Below, in pieces: positions 1-9,534 of a DNA stretch of 64,000 bases. Origin of the DNA: Candidatus Magasanikbacteria bacterium RIFOXYC2_FULL_42_28. Its GTDB lineage: Bacteria > Patescibacteriota > Patescibacteriia > Magasanikbacterales > GWA2-37-8. The notes under the pieces were generated by a model. That model worked only from the letters and a program-made list of their open reading frames with translations. It was not told the origin of the DNA and made no database searches. The DNA lies in NCBI GenBank assembly GCA_001784435.1, contig MFQZ01000005.1, positions 25,015 through 89,014 on the forward strand, given 5' to 3'. Each line of letters begins with the position of its first letter. Position 1 is the stretch's first letter. The translations under genes were made by a program, and so were the position numbers.

Positions 1-1
1 A

Positions 2-37
2 AAAGGACCGCGCGCCATCAATGTCGCTCGCGCCTAA
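2..37 (+). CDS. 3' end of probable cold-shock domain protein (partial)
   Basis: Frame 2 reads KGPRAINVARA*, matching the CspA-family C-terminal KGPxAxNV motif; followed by a terminator. Confidence 0.6.
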   Translation, partial: KGPRAINVARA

Positions 38-50
38 TAATCGCAAGTTA

Positions 51-87
51 AAAAAATACCCTCTGGATTTTTCCAGAGGGTATTTTT
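51..87. terminator. Bidirectional intrinsic terminator
   Basis: AAAAAATACCCTCTGGA-TTTT-TCCAGAGGGTATTTTT between convergent genes. Confidence 0.85.
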
Positions 88-94
88 AATTCTT

Positions 95-748
95 TTACTT
101 TTTCTTCTTTTTTGTCACTTTTTTAGAAGCAACTTTTGTCTTTTCTTTTTTAGCCGGAGTATCGGCTTTAACTTCCGCTTCTACCGCTTTCACAGTAGCA
201 GTACTCGGCACCAAAATTTTCATTAATTTATCAAATTTGGCGTGCAATGCCTCTACTTGACGCAACAGTTCACCCGCGTCTTTGGCACCTGGTTTTTCAA
301 AACAATCATTGCAGAAAACCGGTTTGCCGGGCATGGGTTTAAATGGCACTTGGCATTCTTTACCGCATTTGGAACAGGTCGCGGTGTGAGGATCGGCCGC
401 ACCCAATCGGGCCGGGCGTTCGCGTCGGTCGTCGTTGAAACGCGGTCGGTCGCTACTAAATCGATTTGGTCGGGCATTACCCGGGCTGTCCTGCTGTTTA
501 CCAAAACAGGTATTACAAAATACCGGGCGTTCGCCAGTTGGCTTGAACGGCACTTGGCAATCATTGCCACATTCACTGCAAGTGGCGGAATGCATCATCG
601 GTCGGCCACCATCGCGACCACCTCCAAAAGAAGGTCGGCCACCAAACGATGGTTTACCTCCAAAACGACTGCCGCCACCGCCAAATGGTTTTCGGCCAAA
701 ACTGGGTTTGCCATGCGGACGGTCGCCGCCTCTGCTAAAATTTCCCAT
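95..748 (-). CDS. CxxC-x17-CxxC domain protein (two zinc-ribbon repeats, G/R/F-rich N-terminus)
   Basis: Two copies of ATCSxCGxxCQVPFKPxxxxPVFCxxCF. Confidence 0.85.
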   Translation of the reverse strand: MGNFSRGGDRPHGKPSFGRKPFGGGGSRFGGKPSFGGRPSFGGGRDGGRPMMHSATCSECGNDCQVPFKPTGERPVFCNTCFGKQQDSPGNARPNRFSSDRPRFNDDRRERPARLGAADPHTATCSKCGKECQVPFKPMPGKPVFCNDCFEKPGAKDAGELLRQVEALHAKFDKLMKILVPSTATVKAVEAEVKADTPAKKEKTKVASKKVTKKKKK

Positions 749-821
749 AGAGTTGTTAGTTATAGATTAGTTAAGACGCAAGTGTAGCACAGATTACGAT
801 AAAAATCAATAGCAGGGGCAT

Positions 822-2276
822 TTACAAATTCCCCAAATCCAATTCCGTCCCAAATTTAATTTTTTTCACAAAATCGGGCATGTGGCTGATTAGTATAATC
901 GCACCGTCAAATTCGTTGATGGCTTGGGCAATTATCGGAATGTGGCGAAAATTTATATGATTAGTTGGTTCATCTAACACCAGTAATCCCGGTTGCATGA
1001 GTACCAAACGCGCGAACGACAGCAGTCCCTTTTGTCCTTCGGACAAACTGCCGATTTTCAAACCCATCAGTTCACCGGTAATTAAAAATCCAGCCGCCAC
1101 CGAGCGCATTTCTTGTAAATCAAGGCCATCGGCCATCACACTTTGCAGTGAGTCAATCACCATTTGATTATAATCCAAAGTCGCAAAATCTTGGCTGTAA
1201 TATCCCACGCGTGTATCTTTTAAAATCACCGCGCCCTCGGACGCGCCACTAACAAGCGCGCGCAGAAGCGTACTTTTGCCAATACCGTTTGGTCCGGAAA
1301 TTAACAACCGGTCGCGTTGACGTAAAACAATATTCACTTCCTTATCAATCGGTTCGTGATTATGAATAATTTTTACAGAATTGATTTTTACCACATCACC
1401 AACAATTCCTTGAGAGGGGATGGTGAATCCGCGAATAGTTTTGTCTTCACGGCGCACCGCCACTTTATTTTCTTCCAATTCGGTAATTTCTTCTTTTAAT
1501 TTGCTCGCTAATTTTCGCATCTTACCACCTTTATTCGCGAAAAAGTTTACCTTTTCTTTGTTGTCCAAAATTTCTTTTTCCAATTGTGCATTCTTTTTTA
1601 TTTCTCTTTCAATTCGTAAATTTATTTCCTCGCACACGGAATAATAATCACCGACATAGGTCTCAATTTTTTTGGTAAACACGTCCAAATACACCACGCC
1701 CTCGGTAAAACAATTTAAAAAATCCGCATCATGCGAAATTACCATGACGGTTTTGTCATACATTACTAAAAATTGCACCAAGTGGTCAATGCCGGCTTTA
1801 TCCAAATTATTAGTCGGCTCATCCAAAAGTAAAATATCCGGGTTTTGGATTAAAGCGTACGCGAGCAAAATGCGCGCCTGTTGGCCACCGGATAAATCAC
1901 CAACTTTGCGATCAATCGGCACGGTTAAATTTACCGCGTTCAGGACTTTGTTGATTTGACTTTTGATATTGCCCGGGACTTCCAAAAACGCTTTGGAAAA
2001 ATATTCTTCCACGCTTAATCCTAAATCCGCTTTCGCGACCATTTGCGATGCCGTGGCGATGCTGGCACTATCGGTAATAAATACTTGCCCTTCGGTTGGT
2101 TTGTATTCACCGGTGATAAGTTTGAAAATAGTGGATTTGCCCGCGCCATTTTGCCCCATTAAAGTAATTTTAGAACCGCGCCGGACACCAAAACTAACCT
2201 CGTCTAAAACGGGCTTTCGTTCTTCATATTCAAATATTACATTGTCAAAACGGAGAATTACGTCGTCGTTGGGCAT
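822..2276 (-). CDS. ABC-F family ATPase
   Basis: Two ABC domains (GQNGAGKST and LSGGQ; GPNGIGKST and LSEGQ), DEPTN motifs, coiled linker, no TM segments. Confidence 0.9.
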   Translation of the reverse strand: MPNDDVILRFDNVIFEYEERKPVLDEVSFGVRRGSKITLMGQNGAGKSTIFKLITGEYKPTEGQVFITDSASIATASQMVAKADLGLSVEEYFSKAFLEVPGNIKSQINKVLNAVNLTVPIDRKVGDLSGGQQARILLAYALIQNPDILLLDEPTNNLDKAGIDHLVQFLVMYDKTVMVISHDADFLNCFTEGVVYLDVFTKKIETYVGDYYSVCEEINLRIEREIKKNAQLEKEILDNKEKVNFFANKGGKMRKLASKLKEEITELEENKVAVRREDKTIRGFTIPSQGIVGDVVKINSVKIIHNHEPIDKEVNIVLRQRDRLLISGPNGIGKSTLLRALVSGASEGAVILKDTRVGYYSQDFATLDYNQMVIDSLQSVMADGLDLQEMRSVAAGFLITGELMGLKIGSLSEGQKGLLSFARLVLMQPGLLVLDEPTNHINFRHIPIIAQAINEFDGAIILISHMPDFVKKIKFGTELDLGNL

Positions 2277-2286
2277 AGGGTGTTTT

Positions 2287-2375
2287 TGTCATTCCGACCG
2301 AGCCGCAGGCGAGTGGAGGAATCCCTTAAAGTTATTATTACGTAAAGGGATCCCTCGGCTACGCTCGGGATGACA
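2287..2375. repeat. Palindromic element family A (TGTCATTCCGA...GGAATC / GGATCCC...TCGGGATGACA)
   Basis: Terminal inverted TGTCAT/ATGACA with two arm hairpins; many related copies in the window. Confidence 0.9.
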
Positions 2376-2392
2376 ATTGAAAAATGAATTAA

Positions 2393-2415
2393 AACGAGCC
2401 CACGTGGGGTTCGTT
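2393..2415 (-). terminator. Probable terminator of the GIY-YIG gene
   Basis: AACGAGCC...GGTTCGTT stem with T-run on the minus strand. Confidence 0.55.
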
Positions 2416-2449
2416 ATTTGCTATATTATAGCACGATTTTGGGGTTTTG

Positions 2450-2698
2450 TCAATGTTTGGCGCCAATAATTTTTTGTTTTTGAGCGCGCGACATTTTTTT
2501 TATTTTACTTTCCGCTTTAGTCGCGAGCGATCGATTTTTAATTTTTTTGGAATAAACTAATTTTACCGGCCGACGGGCGCGGGTATATTTCGCGCCTAAC
2601 TTTGAGGTGTTATGTTCATTTACTCTGCGCTCCAAATTTACGGTGATACCGGCATACAGTGTTTTGTCAGCGCATTCAAGGATATATAAAAAATACAT
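2450..2698 (-). CDS. GIY-YIG nuclease family protein (UPF0213/YazA-like)
   Basis: YILECADKTLYAGIT...RRVNEHN...GAKYTRARRPVKLVY. Confidence 0.9.
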   Translation of the reverse strand: MYFLYILECADKTLYAGITVNLERRVNEHNTSKLGAKYTRARRPVKLVYSKKIKNRSLATKAESKIKKMSRAQKQKIIGAKH

Positions 2699-2706
2699 AC
2701 TTTAAT

Positions 2707-2813
2707 AATTTCAAAATCCAAATTTCCAATTTCCAAAATAATGTCAAAGTTCAAAATTTGGAATTTGTTATTTGAGCTTGATTGGAAATTGGATATTGGA
2801 AATTTGACATTTT
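2707..2813. repeat. Palindromic element family B (7-nt periodic AAATTTCC/GGAAATTT)
   Basis: ATTTCAAAATCCAAATTTCCAATTTCCAA...TTGGAAATTGGATATTGGAAATTTGACATTT; related copies at 12956, 20841, 22157. Confidence 0.9.
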
Positions 2814-2832
2814 GCCATAATTACAGGATTGA

Positions 2833-3231
2833 TTATTCTAACGAATGACGCAAAATTTTTAATCGTGAATGAATTTTCTTAGCTTCCAACCGTTTTATTT
2901 TCGAGCTGTAAGTCGGACGCGTCGGACGGCGTTTTTTGGGAATTTGTAAAGCGCGCGCGACCAAAGTTTGCAAACGCGCTACTGCCGTTGCCCGATTTTG
3001 CGGTTGTGACCGTTCTTCTTCGGCCATTATCACCACTTCGTCAAACCAATTTATTTTATTTTTTAATTTCGCGCGCACCCGTTCTTTTTGCTCGGCGCTT
3101 AAAACTTGCGATCGCCCCACCGACCAATGCAAAATTGCCTTAGTCGCGGTTTTATTAACATTTTGCCCACCCGCGCCGGATGAGCGCGCGTAGGTTATTT
3201 TGATTTCGTTTACAGGGATATGGACACCCAT
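2833..3231 (-). CDS. arfB: Alternative ribosome rescue peptidyl-tRNA hydrolase ArfB
   Basis: RSSGAGGQNVNK GGQ motif, ERSQxxNR, basic PKKRRPTRPT tail; start reassigned to MGVHIP. Confidence 0.9.
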   Translation of the reverse strand: MGVHIPVNEIKITYARSSGAGGQNVNKTATKAILHWSVGRSQVLSAEQKERVRAKLKNKINWFDEVVIMAEEERSQPQNRATAVARLQTLVARALQIPKKRRPTRPTYSSKIKRLEAKKIHSRLKILRHSLE

Positions 3232-3241
3232 AAAAAAATAC

Positions 3242-3430
3242 TTAAGGCAAATCCGTTTTCTTGCGCGTTCTTTTGCTCGCCCCCACCGGATCACGAAAAT
3301 TTCTTGGCGTCGCGCGCAATTTTTTCGCGTCAAAGCCTCGACCGCTCGCTGGTTTCGCCTCATCGGTTTTATCTTCTTTTGCTTTTGCGGATTTTTTAAT
3401 CTGATCTAATTGTTTTTTATACCATTTCAT
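3242..3430 (-). CDS. Small basic hypothetical protein
   Basis: 62-aa ORF MKWYKKQLD..., downstream of a minus-strand TGCTATACT extended -10. Confidence 0.55.
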   Translation of the reverse strand: MKWYKKQLDQIKKSAKAKEDKTDEAKPASGRGFDAKKLRATPRNFRDPVGASKRTRKKTDLP

Positions 3431-3547
3431 ATAAATTTGGTTTATATCCAATTAAGTATAGCAGTTTTATGGTAAGTTTACAATTAAAGTGGCGTAAACT
3501 ACCAACCTCTGCTATAATATGGGCAAGTTAATTCACATAGATATACT

Positions 3548-4165
3548 ATGAACGAAAACATCAAGGAAATCCTAGAAAAAATAAGTAATCTTAATAAGGA
3601 ACTATCCGCCAAATACGCCCAGCTTGCTGAAAAATACGGCTTTCATTTTGCCAATAAAAAAGTGGTCTTTTTGGAAGAATTTCGTAAGCGCAATCTAAAA
3701 TTTAGAATTCCGGTATGGAAATATGTTTTTCCGCGCAATTTTCGGCATTTGTTATCTTTGCCGTTTATTTACATGATGATCGTGCCGGTGGTTATTCTTG
3801 ATATTTTTATTACTATTTATCATACGGTCGCGTTTCCGCTCTATCATATTCCCAAAGTCAAGCGCGGTGATTTTATTGTTTATGACCGGAAATTTTTGGA
3901 TTATTTAAATATTATTCAAAAAGTCCACTGCATCTATTGCACCTATGTCAACGGCCTATTCGCCTACGCGGTCGAAATCGCCGGTCGGACCGAACGCTAC
4001 TGGTGTCCGATAAAATCCGCCCACAAACCCAAATTCCACCACGGCTGGTATAGCGAATTTGCCGATTATGGCAGTCCGGAGGAGTGGAAGGAGAAGTTTA
4101 ATGATGAAAAGGCGTTTGCGGGGTTGTGCGAGAACGATAAAAATAATAAAGACACACAATCTTAA
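3548..4165 (+). CDS. Conserved hypothetical membrane protein with HCxYCxY and RTExYWCPIK motifs
   Basis: Full ORF, one or two TM segments, upstream TGCTATAAT. Confidence 0.7.
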   Translation: MNENIKEILEKISNLNKELSAKYAQLAEKYGFHFANKKVVFLEEFRKRNLKFRIPVWKYVFPRNFRHLLSLPFIYMMIVPVVILDIFITIYHTVAFPLYHIPKVKRGDFIVYDRKFLDYLNIIQKVHCIYCTYVNGLFAYAVEIAGRTERYWCPIKSAHKPKFHHGWYSEFADYGSPEEWKEKFNDEKAFAGLCENDKNNKDTQS

Positions 4166-5409
4166 TCGTCGTCAAAATCTGCTAAAATCGCCACCCCCGC
4201 CAACCGCCCCGTCGCCCAGGCGGCTTGTAAATTAAAGCCACCGGTAAAACCATCCACATTTAAAATTTCGCCGGCAAAAAATAAACCCTCGCATTTTTTT
4301 GATTCCATTGTTTTTGGGTCAATTTCGGTTAATTCCACGCCACCGGCCGTGACAAATTCTTCACCCGCGCCATAGCCGACCGCGTGTACCATCGTATTTT
4401 TTAAAATCTCGGCCGACAAACTAATTTCGGCTTTGGAAATCTCGGCGTTTTTTTTATTTATCGGCAAATTAAATTCCAGCGCCAAACTTTCTACTAATTT
4501 TAGCGGTACAAATTGATGCAAAGTGTTTTTAAAATTTTTCTTTAATTCCGCTCGACAAGAATTTTGAATGGTATTTTTTAAATCTTCTATTTTTATCTCC
4601 GGCAAAAAATCAATGAAAATTGGCAGGGGATTTTTTGGGCTAAATAAGGTCAGAGCCGATAGGGAAGAGACCGCGAACACGGCTGGGCCGCTAATGCCTT
4701 TGTGGGTAAACAAAAACGGGCCGGTGCGCGAATTTGGTTTGGAGCAGTCGGCGCTAATCGTGGCCTTGACAAATGACATCCCCGCGAGCGTGCCCATCCA
4801 CGCTTCTTTCAAGACAAACGAATGTAAACTCGGGGCTAATTTAGTAATCGTATGGCCAAGCGCTTCGGCCAAAGTGTAGCCATCGCCTGTGGAACCGGTA
4901 TGGCGATAGGCCTGCCCGCCAAGCGCCAGCACGACCGTGTCTGCCAAAATTTCTGAACCATCTTTAAAAAATATTTTAAAAGTATTATTTTCTTTTTCCA
5001 TTTTTACCACCGAGCGCCCCAACACCACTTGAATCCGAGAACGCGCAAATATTTTTTTAAAAGCCCCCACCACATCTTCGCCGTGATCTGAAACCGGAAA
5101 AACCCGTCCGTCGTCTTCGCATTTTAACGGCACATTATGATCCTCAAACCAGGCGCGCACGGCGCGCGGTCCAAACGCGAACATTGCCGAAATTAAAAAT
5201 TTATTTCCGCGCGGATAATTTAACAAAACCTCTTTGGGATTTTCGGTACCAGTCGTCACATTGCACCGTCCGCCTCCGGAAATAATCACCTTGCGTCCTA
5301 AATCACTATTTTTTTCAATCAAAATAACTTCGGCCTCCGGATTGCCTTCACAAATTGTCGCCGCTGCCATCATGCCGGCCGCGCCACCGCCGATTATTAT
5401 TGTTTTCAT
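4162..5409 (-). CDS. HI0933/BaiN-family NAD(P)/FAD-dependent oxidoreductase
   Basis: IIGGGAAGMMAA, SGGGRCNVT, GSTGDGY, VTAGGV, TGGFNLQAA; start reassigned to MKTIII. Confidence 0.9.
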   Translation of the reverse strand: MKTIIIGGGAAGMMAAATICEGNPEAEVILIEKNSDLGRKVIISGGGRCNVTTGTENPKEVLLNYPRGNKFLISAMFAFGPRAVRAWFEDHNVPLKCEDDGRVFPVSDHGEDVVGAFKKIFARSRIQVVLGRSVVKMEKENNTFKIFFKDGSEILADTVVLALGGQAYRHTGSTGDGYTLAEALGHTITKLAPSLHSFVLKEAWMGTLAGMSFVKATISADCSKPNSRTGPFLFTHKGISGPAVFAVSSLSALTLFSPKNPLPIFIDFLPEIKIEDLKNTIQNSCRAELKKNFKNTLHQFVPLKLVESLALEFNLPINKKNAEISKAEISLSAEILKNTMVHAVGYGAGEEFVTAGGVELTEIDPKTMESKKCEGLFFAGEILNVDGFTGGFNLQAAWATGRLAGVAILADFDDD

Positions 5410-5425
5410 GGATTTAAATAATTTA

Positions 5426-6460
5426 CTATCGGCTTTTAAATTCTCCCACAATCGCTTCCAAGATATCGTGAAAACTAATAATTCCAACGACCTTATTTGA
5501 TATTTTTTCGGTGATGAGCGCGATACTAATTGACGATCCTTTTAGGCGTTCAATAGCCACAAGCGACGGCACATCCGCGTCAATGCGCATCACCGGTTGC
5601 ACAAGTGATTTTAAATTAATATTCTCCAAACCGCCATCAAACAAATGGGTCAAAATATCTTTGGCTTCTACTGCTCCCAAATTTTTATCAATCTCGCCCG
5701 CGCATACCGGAAAAACTGAGCGATCACTGCTGGTGATTTTTTTTCTGACAATCGCAATCGGGTCACCTATATCCAGCCAAACAACCTCGCCACTATTGGT
5801 CATAAAATCTTTGATCGGTCGATTGCCCAAATAGAAAATGCTTTCCACCATTTTTTGTTCCGATCTTTCAAAGACGCCATTTTCCGCACCCTCCGCTATC
5901 AAGAGTTTTATTTCTTCTTCGGTAACAAATTGCTCCGAGACCGGTTTTACTCGTAGTAATTTAAGCAATAGGGCGGTGGAATAAGTTAAAATTTTTACAA
6001 ACGGCGCGGCGATTTTCATTATTGTTTTTATGGGACCGGCTACTTTTAACGCTAATTTTTCCGGATTAGATAGGGCGATTTGTTTGGGAACAAGTTCGCC
6101 GATGATAAGGGACAAATAGGTGATAACAATGACAACTAAAATTACACTTAGCGATTCACTATAACCTGTAAAAAAATTAAATTGAGCAAAATAAATTTCC
6201 AAATGTTCAGCCACAGTCGCGCCCCCAAAAGCACCGGCGAATATTCCAATAATCGTAATGCCAATTTGAATAGCCGAGAGCATCTCCGGCGATTTACGCG
6301 TTAATGATAGGGCATTTTGCGCCTGCCTATTTCCTTGTTTTGCCAAATGGCGCAGGCGACTTTTTTTAACACTAAGCAGGGCGATTTCCGACAAAGAAAA
6401 ATAACCGTTTAGAATAATTAAGGCGATTATTAAAATTAGTTCAATGAGAATAGTGGGCAT
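5426..6460 (-). CDS. Hemolysin/CNNM (DUF21 + CBS) family protein
   Basis: LNGYFSLSEIAL, IQIGIT, GELVPKQIA, CBS pair; no C-terminal CorC domain. Confidence 0.85.
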   Translation of the reverse strand: MPTILIELILIIALIILNGYFSLSEIALLSVKKSRLRHLAKQGNRQAQNALSLTRKSPEMLSAIQIGITIIGIFAGAFGGATVAEHLEIYFAQFNFFTGYSESLSVILVVIVITYLSLIIGELVPKQIALSNPEKLALKVAGPIKTIMKIAAPFVKILTYSTALLLKLLRVKPVSEQFVTEEEIKLLIAEGAENGVFERSEQKMVESIFYLGNRPIKDFMTNSGEVVWLDIGDPIAIVRKKITSSDRSVFPVCAGEIDKNLGAVEAKDILTHLFDGGLENINLKSLVQPVMRIDADVPSLVAIERLKGSSISIALITEKISNKVVGIISFHDILEAIVGEFKSR

Positions 6461-6507
6461 AGCAAATTTACTTTTTGTTTAATTTTTTATCGTTTAAATA
6501 ATCATTT

Positions 6508-6864
6508 TTACTGAAATAATTTAAGCCAATTTACTACTTCCACATAAATTAACGCTAAAACAAAAAAAACACCAAGGCCGAGCAAAATTGCTTTGTGCGC
6601 GCCAATTTTAGATGAAAAATAAGCAACCGTGAGCATATATGGTATCCAAGAAATTATCGTGCCCCAAAGCACAAACCAGGCATGTTGTCCAACTGCCACG
6701 CCACCTTTGGATTCACCAATAAAAATGTATGCCACTAAAGTAAAAACCGGAATTAAAGTGGCAAATCCCGACAGTAGGCGGAAATTGTTCTCTTCCAGCA
6801 TTACAATAATAGTGGTAAAAATTCCGCCAGCGAGAAAATAAAACGTCAGATTAAATAAATTCAT
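6508..6864 (-). CDS. Small 4-TM membrane protein (GlpM/DUF3147-like)
   Basis: Four hydrophobic segments, FLAGG and SGFATLIP motifs. Confidence 0.5.
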   Translation of the reverse strand: MNLFNLTFYFLAGGIFTTIIVMLEENNFRLLSGFATLIPVFTLVAYIFIGESKGGVAVGQHAWFVLWGTIISWIPYMLTVAYFSSKIGAHKAILLGLGVFFVLALIYVEVVNWLKLFQ

Positions 6865-6869
6865 AAAAA

Positions 6870-7400
6870 CTAACTATTATTAAAAAACAACGAATAAACA
6901 AACGATGTAATTATATCCGCGTCCGGCCCGTGAGCGATTGCTCCACCCAGTGCTCCCGTAAAACTAAGTAATATCGCGCCCAGTATTGATAATAAAACAA
7001 GTATAGGTTGTTTCGTAATTATACCAACGATAGGGGATAGTATTTTTAAAATTTTCTGAACAAAAAAATTACTTTGCGCTAACGCCACTACCTTGGGCAA
7101 TTTTTCTAAAAATTGAATTGAAAACGCGCCGGCCAAGATTGCATAAACCCAAATTGTCGCTCCCGCGAAAGTGGCGTGCAGTTCCACTAAGGCGCGGTTA
7201 AATCTTCTGGTTTCTTCCAGACTATCGCCACTGGAAAATGCCAACAAAGCGCCGAGAACACCAATCACAAGCATTAAATATTTCCCAGCGTTAAGCTTTT
7301 CCCGATAACTTGGAAAAAATACCAAACCAAATTCTATTAAACTATAAACGACGAGTAGGCCAATAGGGATGTGGACTATGGCCGCGTGAAGTGGGCCCAT
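6870..7400 (-). CDS. DUF2231-like membrane protein
   Basis: PLHAAIVHIPIG N-terminus, conserved His, TGALGG near the C-terminus. Confidence 0.7.
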   Translation of the reverse strand: MGPLHAAIVHIPIGLLVVYSLIEFGLVFFPSYREKLNAGKYLMLVIGVLGALLAFSSGDSLEETRRFNRALVELHATFAGATIWVYAILAGAFSIQFLEKLPKVVALAQSNFFVQKILKILSPIVGIITKQPILVLLSILGAILLSFTGALGGAIAHGPDADIITSFVYSLFFNNS

Positions 7401-7428
7401 ATGATTTTATGTTTATTTTACCAATATA

Positions 7429-8622
7429 TTATCTTTTGGGGTCAAATAAATCAACACTCGCCGCTACACTCTCGGCACCTTCCATGCGGATTGTGTGACT
7501 TACATGACTTAAAAAATGTTTACCAAAAGATTGCTCAATCCTGTCCACTAATTCATCACGCGCTTCCGTTTTGGGTGTCGCAACGCCGTGTGCAGTTTCT
7601 GACTTATCCGAATTTTCAAAATATGCTCTCAAAAATAATTCTTCTGGTACATACTGTAATAATCTGGCAAATATTTGCCTCTCACTTGTATATGATCCCA
7701 CGTTATACCGCCTGTTACTGGGATGATCCATATCTTGGGCGATTTGTTCGGTTACCGCTTCATCCAACGAATCAAAATCTGCTAGCAAATTCAAACCTTG
7801 TTTATAATACACAAACGTGTTCGCTCGAGTTTTACTGATTACCCTTCCTGCGAGCACGTGAACCATCTCGTGATTAAAAATTTCCCCGCCATAATCCCAA
7901 GCTCGACTGGTAGTTGATGGTCTATCATATAAAAGACGAGCCACATTTGCTTGTAAATTATAATCGCCAATTTTTTCTCTATCTTTAACCAACACCAACG
8001 GATCGGCGATTACAACCGCTGGCTCCGACAATCTTCTGTTGACATATTCCTCACCGTCAGGGAACATATCTAATGATAGCGGATGCGCCTTGTCGTCTAA
8101 TAATCGTTGAAATTTTTTTCTAAAATCTGCAAACCTTTCTGGCATTTTAGCTTCACCTTCTTTGGACTTTTGCCTAAAAATTTCTTGGTGTCTTTTGAGT
8201 ATTGTGGCAATTACATCGTGGGGTAGTGCTTGATTTTCTAATGCTTCTAGTAATAATATCGGCGCATTAGGGTGGCCCGGCATATTACGGGTAATTTCGA
8301 GTATAACTGGATTATTGATAATTGCACGGTCGGTTAAAGCTTCTATAAATAATGAGCGTATTTCTTGCCGTCCAATTTGCCCACCTCTTGCGGCAATATT
8401 TTCTAAATCGTAAATTAATCTACGTAATTGTTCGTCGTTAACTTCGCCCGCTTCGTTAAAAACACCATTTCCCAGAACGCGATTGTCACGCATGGCCGAT
8501 TCTTTTTTAATTCGTCTATCTTCAATATAACATGGATCCAACTCAGAAATTATTTGAATTTCTTTTTGGTTAATGTGGAGATCAGAGGGTGGAATCCCAG
8601 CGTCAATATTTCTTCTGCGCAT
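7429..8622 (-). CDS. Hypothetical protein with HExxH zinc-metallopeptidase-like motif
   Basis: IFNHEMVH followed by LDEAVTE and YTSE (gluzincin-like spacing). Confidence 0.6.
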   Translation of the reverse strand: MRRRNIDAGIPPSDLHINQKEIQIISELDPCYIEDRRIKKESAMRDNRVLGNGVFNEAGEVNDEQLRRLIYDLENIAARGGQIGRQEIRSLFIEALTDRAIINNPVILEITRNMPGHPNAPILLLEALENQALPHDVIATILKRHQEIFRQKSKEGEAKMPERFADFRKKFQRLLDDKAHPLSLDMFPDGEEYVNRRLSEPAVVIADPLVLVKDREKIGDYNLQANVARLLYDRPSTTSRAWDYGGEIFNHEMVHVLAGRVISKTRANTFVYYKQGLNLLADFDSLDEAVTEQIAQDMDHPSNRRYNVGSYTSERQIFARLLQYVPEELFLRAYFENSDKSETAHGVATPKTEARDELVDRIEQSFGKHFLSHVSHTIRMEGAESVAASVDLFDPKR

Positions 8623-8678
8623 ATATAATTCAATTATTTAAATTTTTTTAGTGCTATGTTATTCTATCATAGTTTTTA

Positions 8679-8745
8679 GAGTTTGGGAATCGTAATTTGT
8701 GTATAAAAAAATTCCGCTTACTTTAGCGAAATTTTTTGACCGCTC
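8679..8745. repeat. Direct repeat copy 1 (tRNA-downstream terminator-like segment)
   Basis: TAAAAAAATTCCGCTTACTTTAGCGAAATTTTTTGACCGCTC nearly identical to 9389-9429, with weaker similarity extending ~25 nt upstream. Confidence 0.8.
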
Positions 8746-8877
8746 GTCGTATAGAACAATGCTGGAACGTTTTAAGAAGGCAGAACAGCACTATATTTAT
8801 AATATTGACTTTTTACAATAAAGATGTAATATAGTAATTGTATTCCAACCCCAACAAAAAGTGAAAGGTAGGTCTCA

Positions 8878-9156
8878 ATGCCTCGAGCGAAAACACATTG
8901 CCCAAGGCCGATGTGGCATGGAAGACGTAAGCCGAGAGGGTGGCGGAAACACGTTCGCACGTTGAAAGCCATGGCGAAGGGGATGGTGGTAAAAATCACT
9001 CCACCACCGCCTCCGCCTCCGCAGTGGAGATGTACCAACGTTGTCTACGGCTGGCGTAATGGATGGCAACCGTGTGGCCATTCCAACCCCAATAGCACCA
9101 ACTGCTGTGAGGAGTGCGGTGATTACCACGCACACACAGTAGCGCCGCGACACTGA
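8878..9156 (+). CDS. Small basic protein with poly-Pro linker and Cys4 zinc-finger-like C-terminus
   Basis: TTGACT at 8805, AAGGTAGG before ATG; WRC-x13-CGHSN-x6-CxxCG. Confidence 0.5.
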   Translation: MPRAKTHCPRPMWHGRRKPRGWRKHVRTLKAMAKGMVVKITPPPPPPPQWRCTNVVYGWRNGWQPCGHSNPNSTNCCEECGDYHAHTVAPRH

Positions 9157-9362
9157 CAAAAAATGTAATCGGAGGAACCATGAAACGCAAGGGAGATGGT
9201 AGTCTCCCACGTAGTATGGAGGGACGAATACAAATACATACCTCTCGGTTCGTCACTCCCTATGTTTATTATAATTTTTAGTAGATATAGGGAACGAACC
9301 GATGGATAATTAAAAAACGCTGATATATTATCGGTGTTTTTTGTTGAAATAATTTTTATAAA

Positions 9363-9442
9363 GAAGTTCGGAAACCATAATTTAGTAATAAAAAAATCCG
9401 CTTGTTTTAGCGAAATTTTTTGACCGCTCCCAGGGTCGGATT
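9363..9442. repeat. Direct repeat copy 2 plus 17-bp duplicate of the tRNA-Asn 3' end (att-like)
   Basis: GCTCCCAGGGTCGGATT at 9426-9442 equals 9534-9550. Confidence 0.8.
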
Positions 9443-9534
9443 TACCCCTACGCTACGCTTCGGGGCATAAACTTCTCATCCGTCTCACGGAATATAATTA
9501 AAAACAGGACAAAATGCCCTGTTTTTTAATTATG

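Noticed and set aside
242-787. Long antisense and alternate-frame ORFs here and over atpA, dnaK, dnaJ and cvpA/tatD
   Set aside because: Shadows of well-supported genes, with no motifs of their own
2450-2698. GIY-YIG gene as the mobiliser of the flanking A and B repeats
   Set aside because: It resembles the widespread YazA/UPF0213 type, is not bracketed by two arms of one element and has its own terminator; repeats are dense enough for chance adjacency
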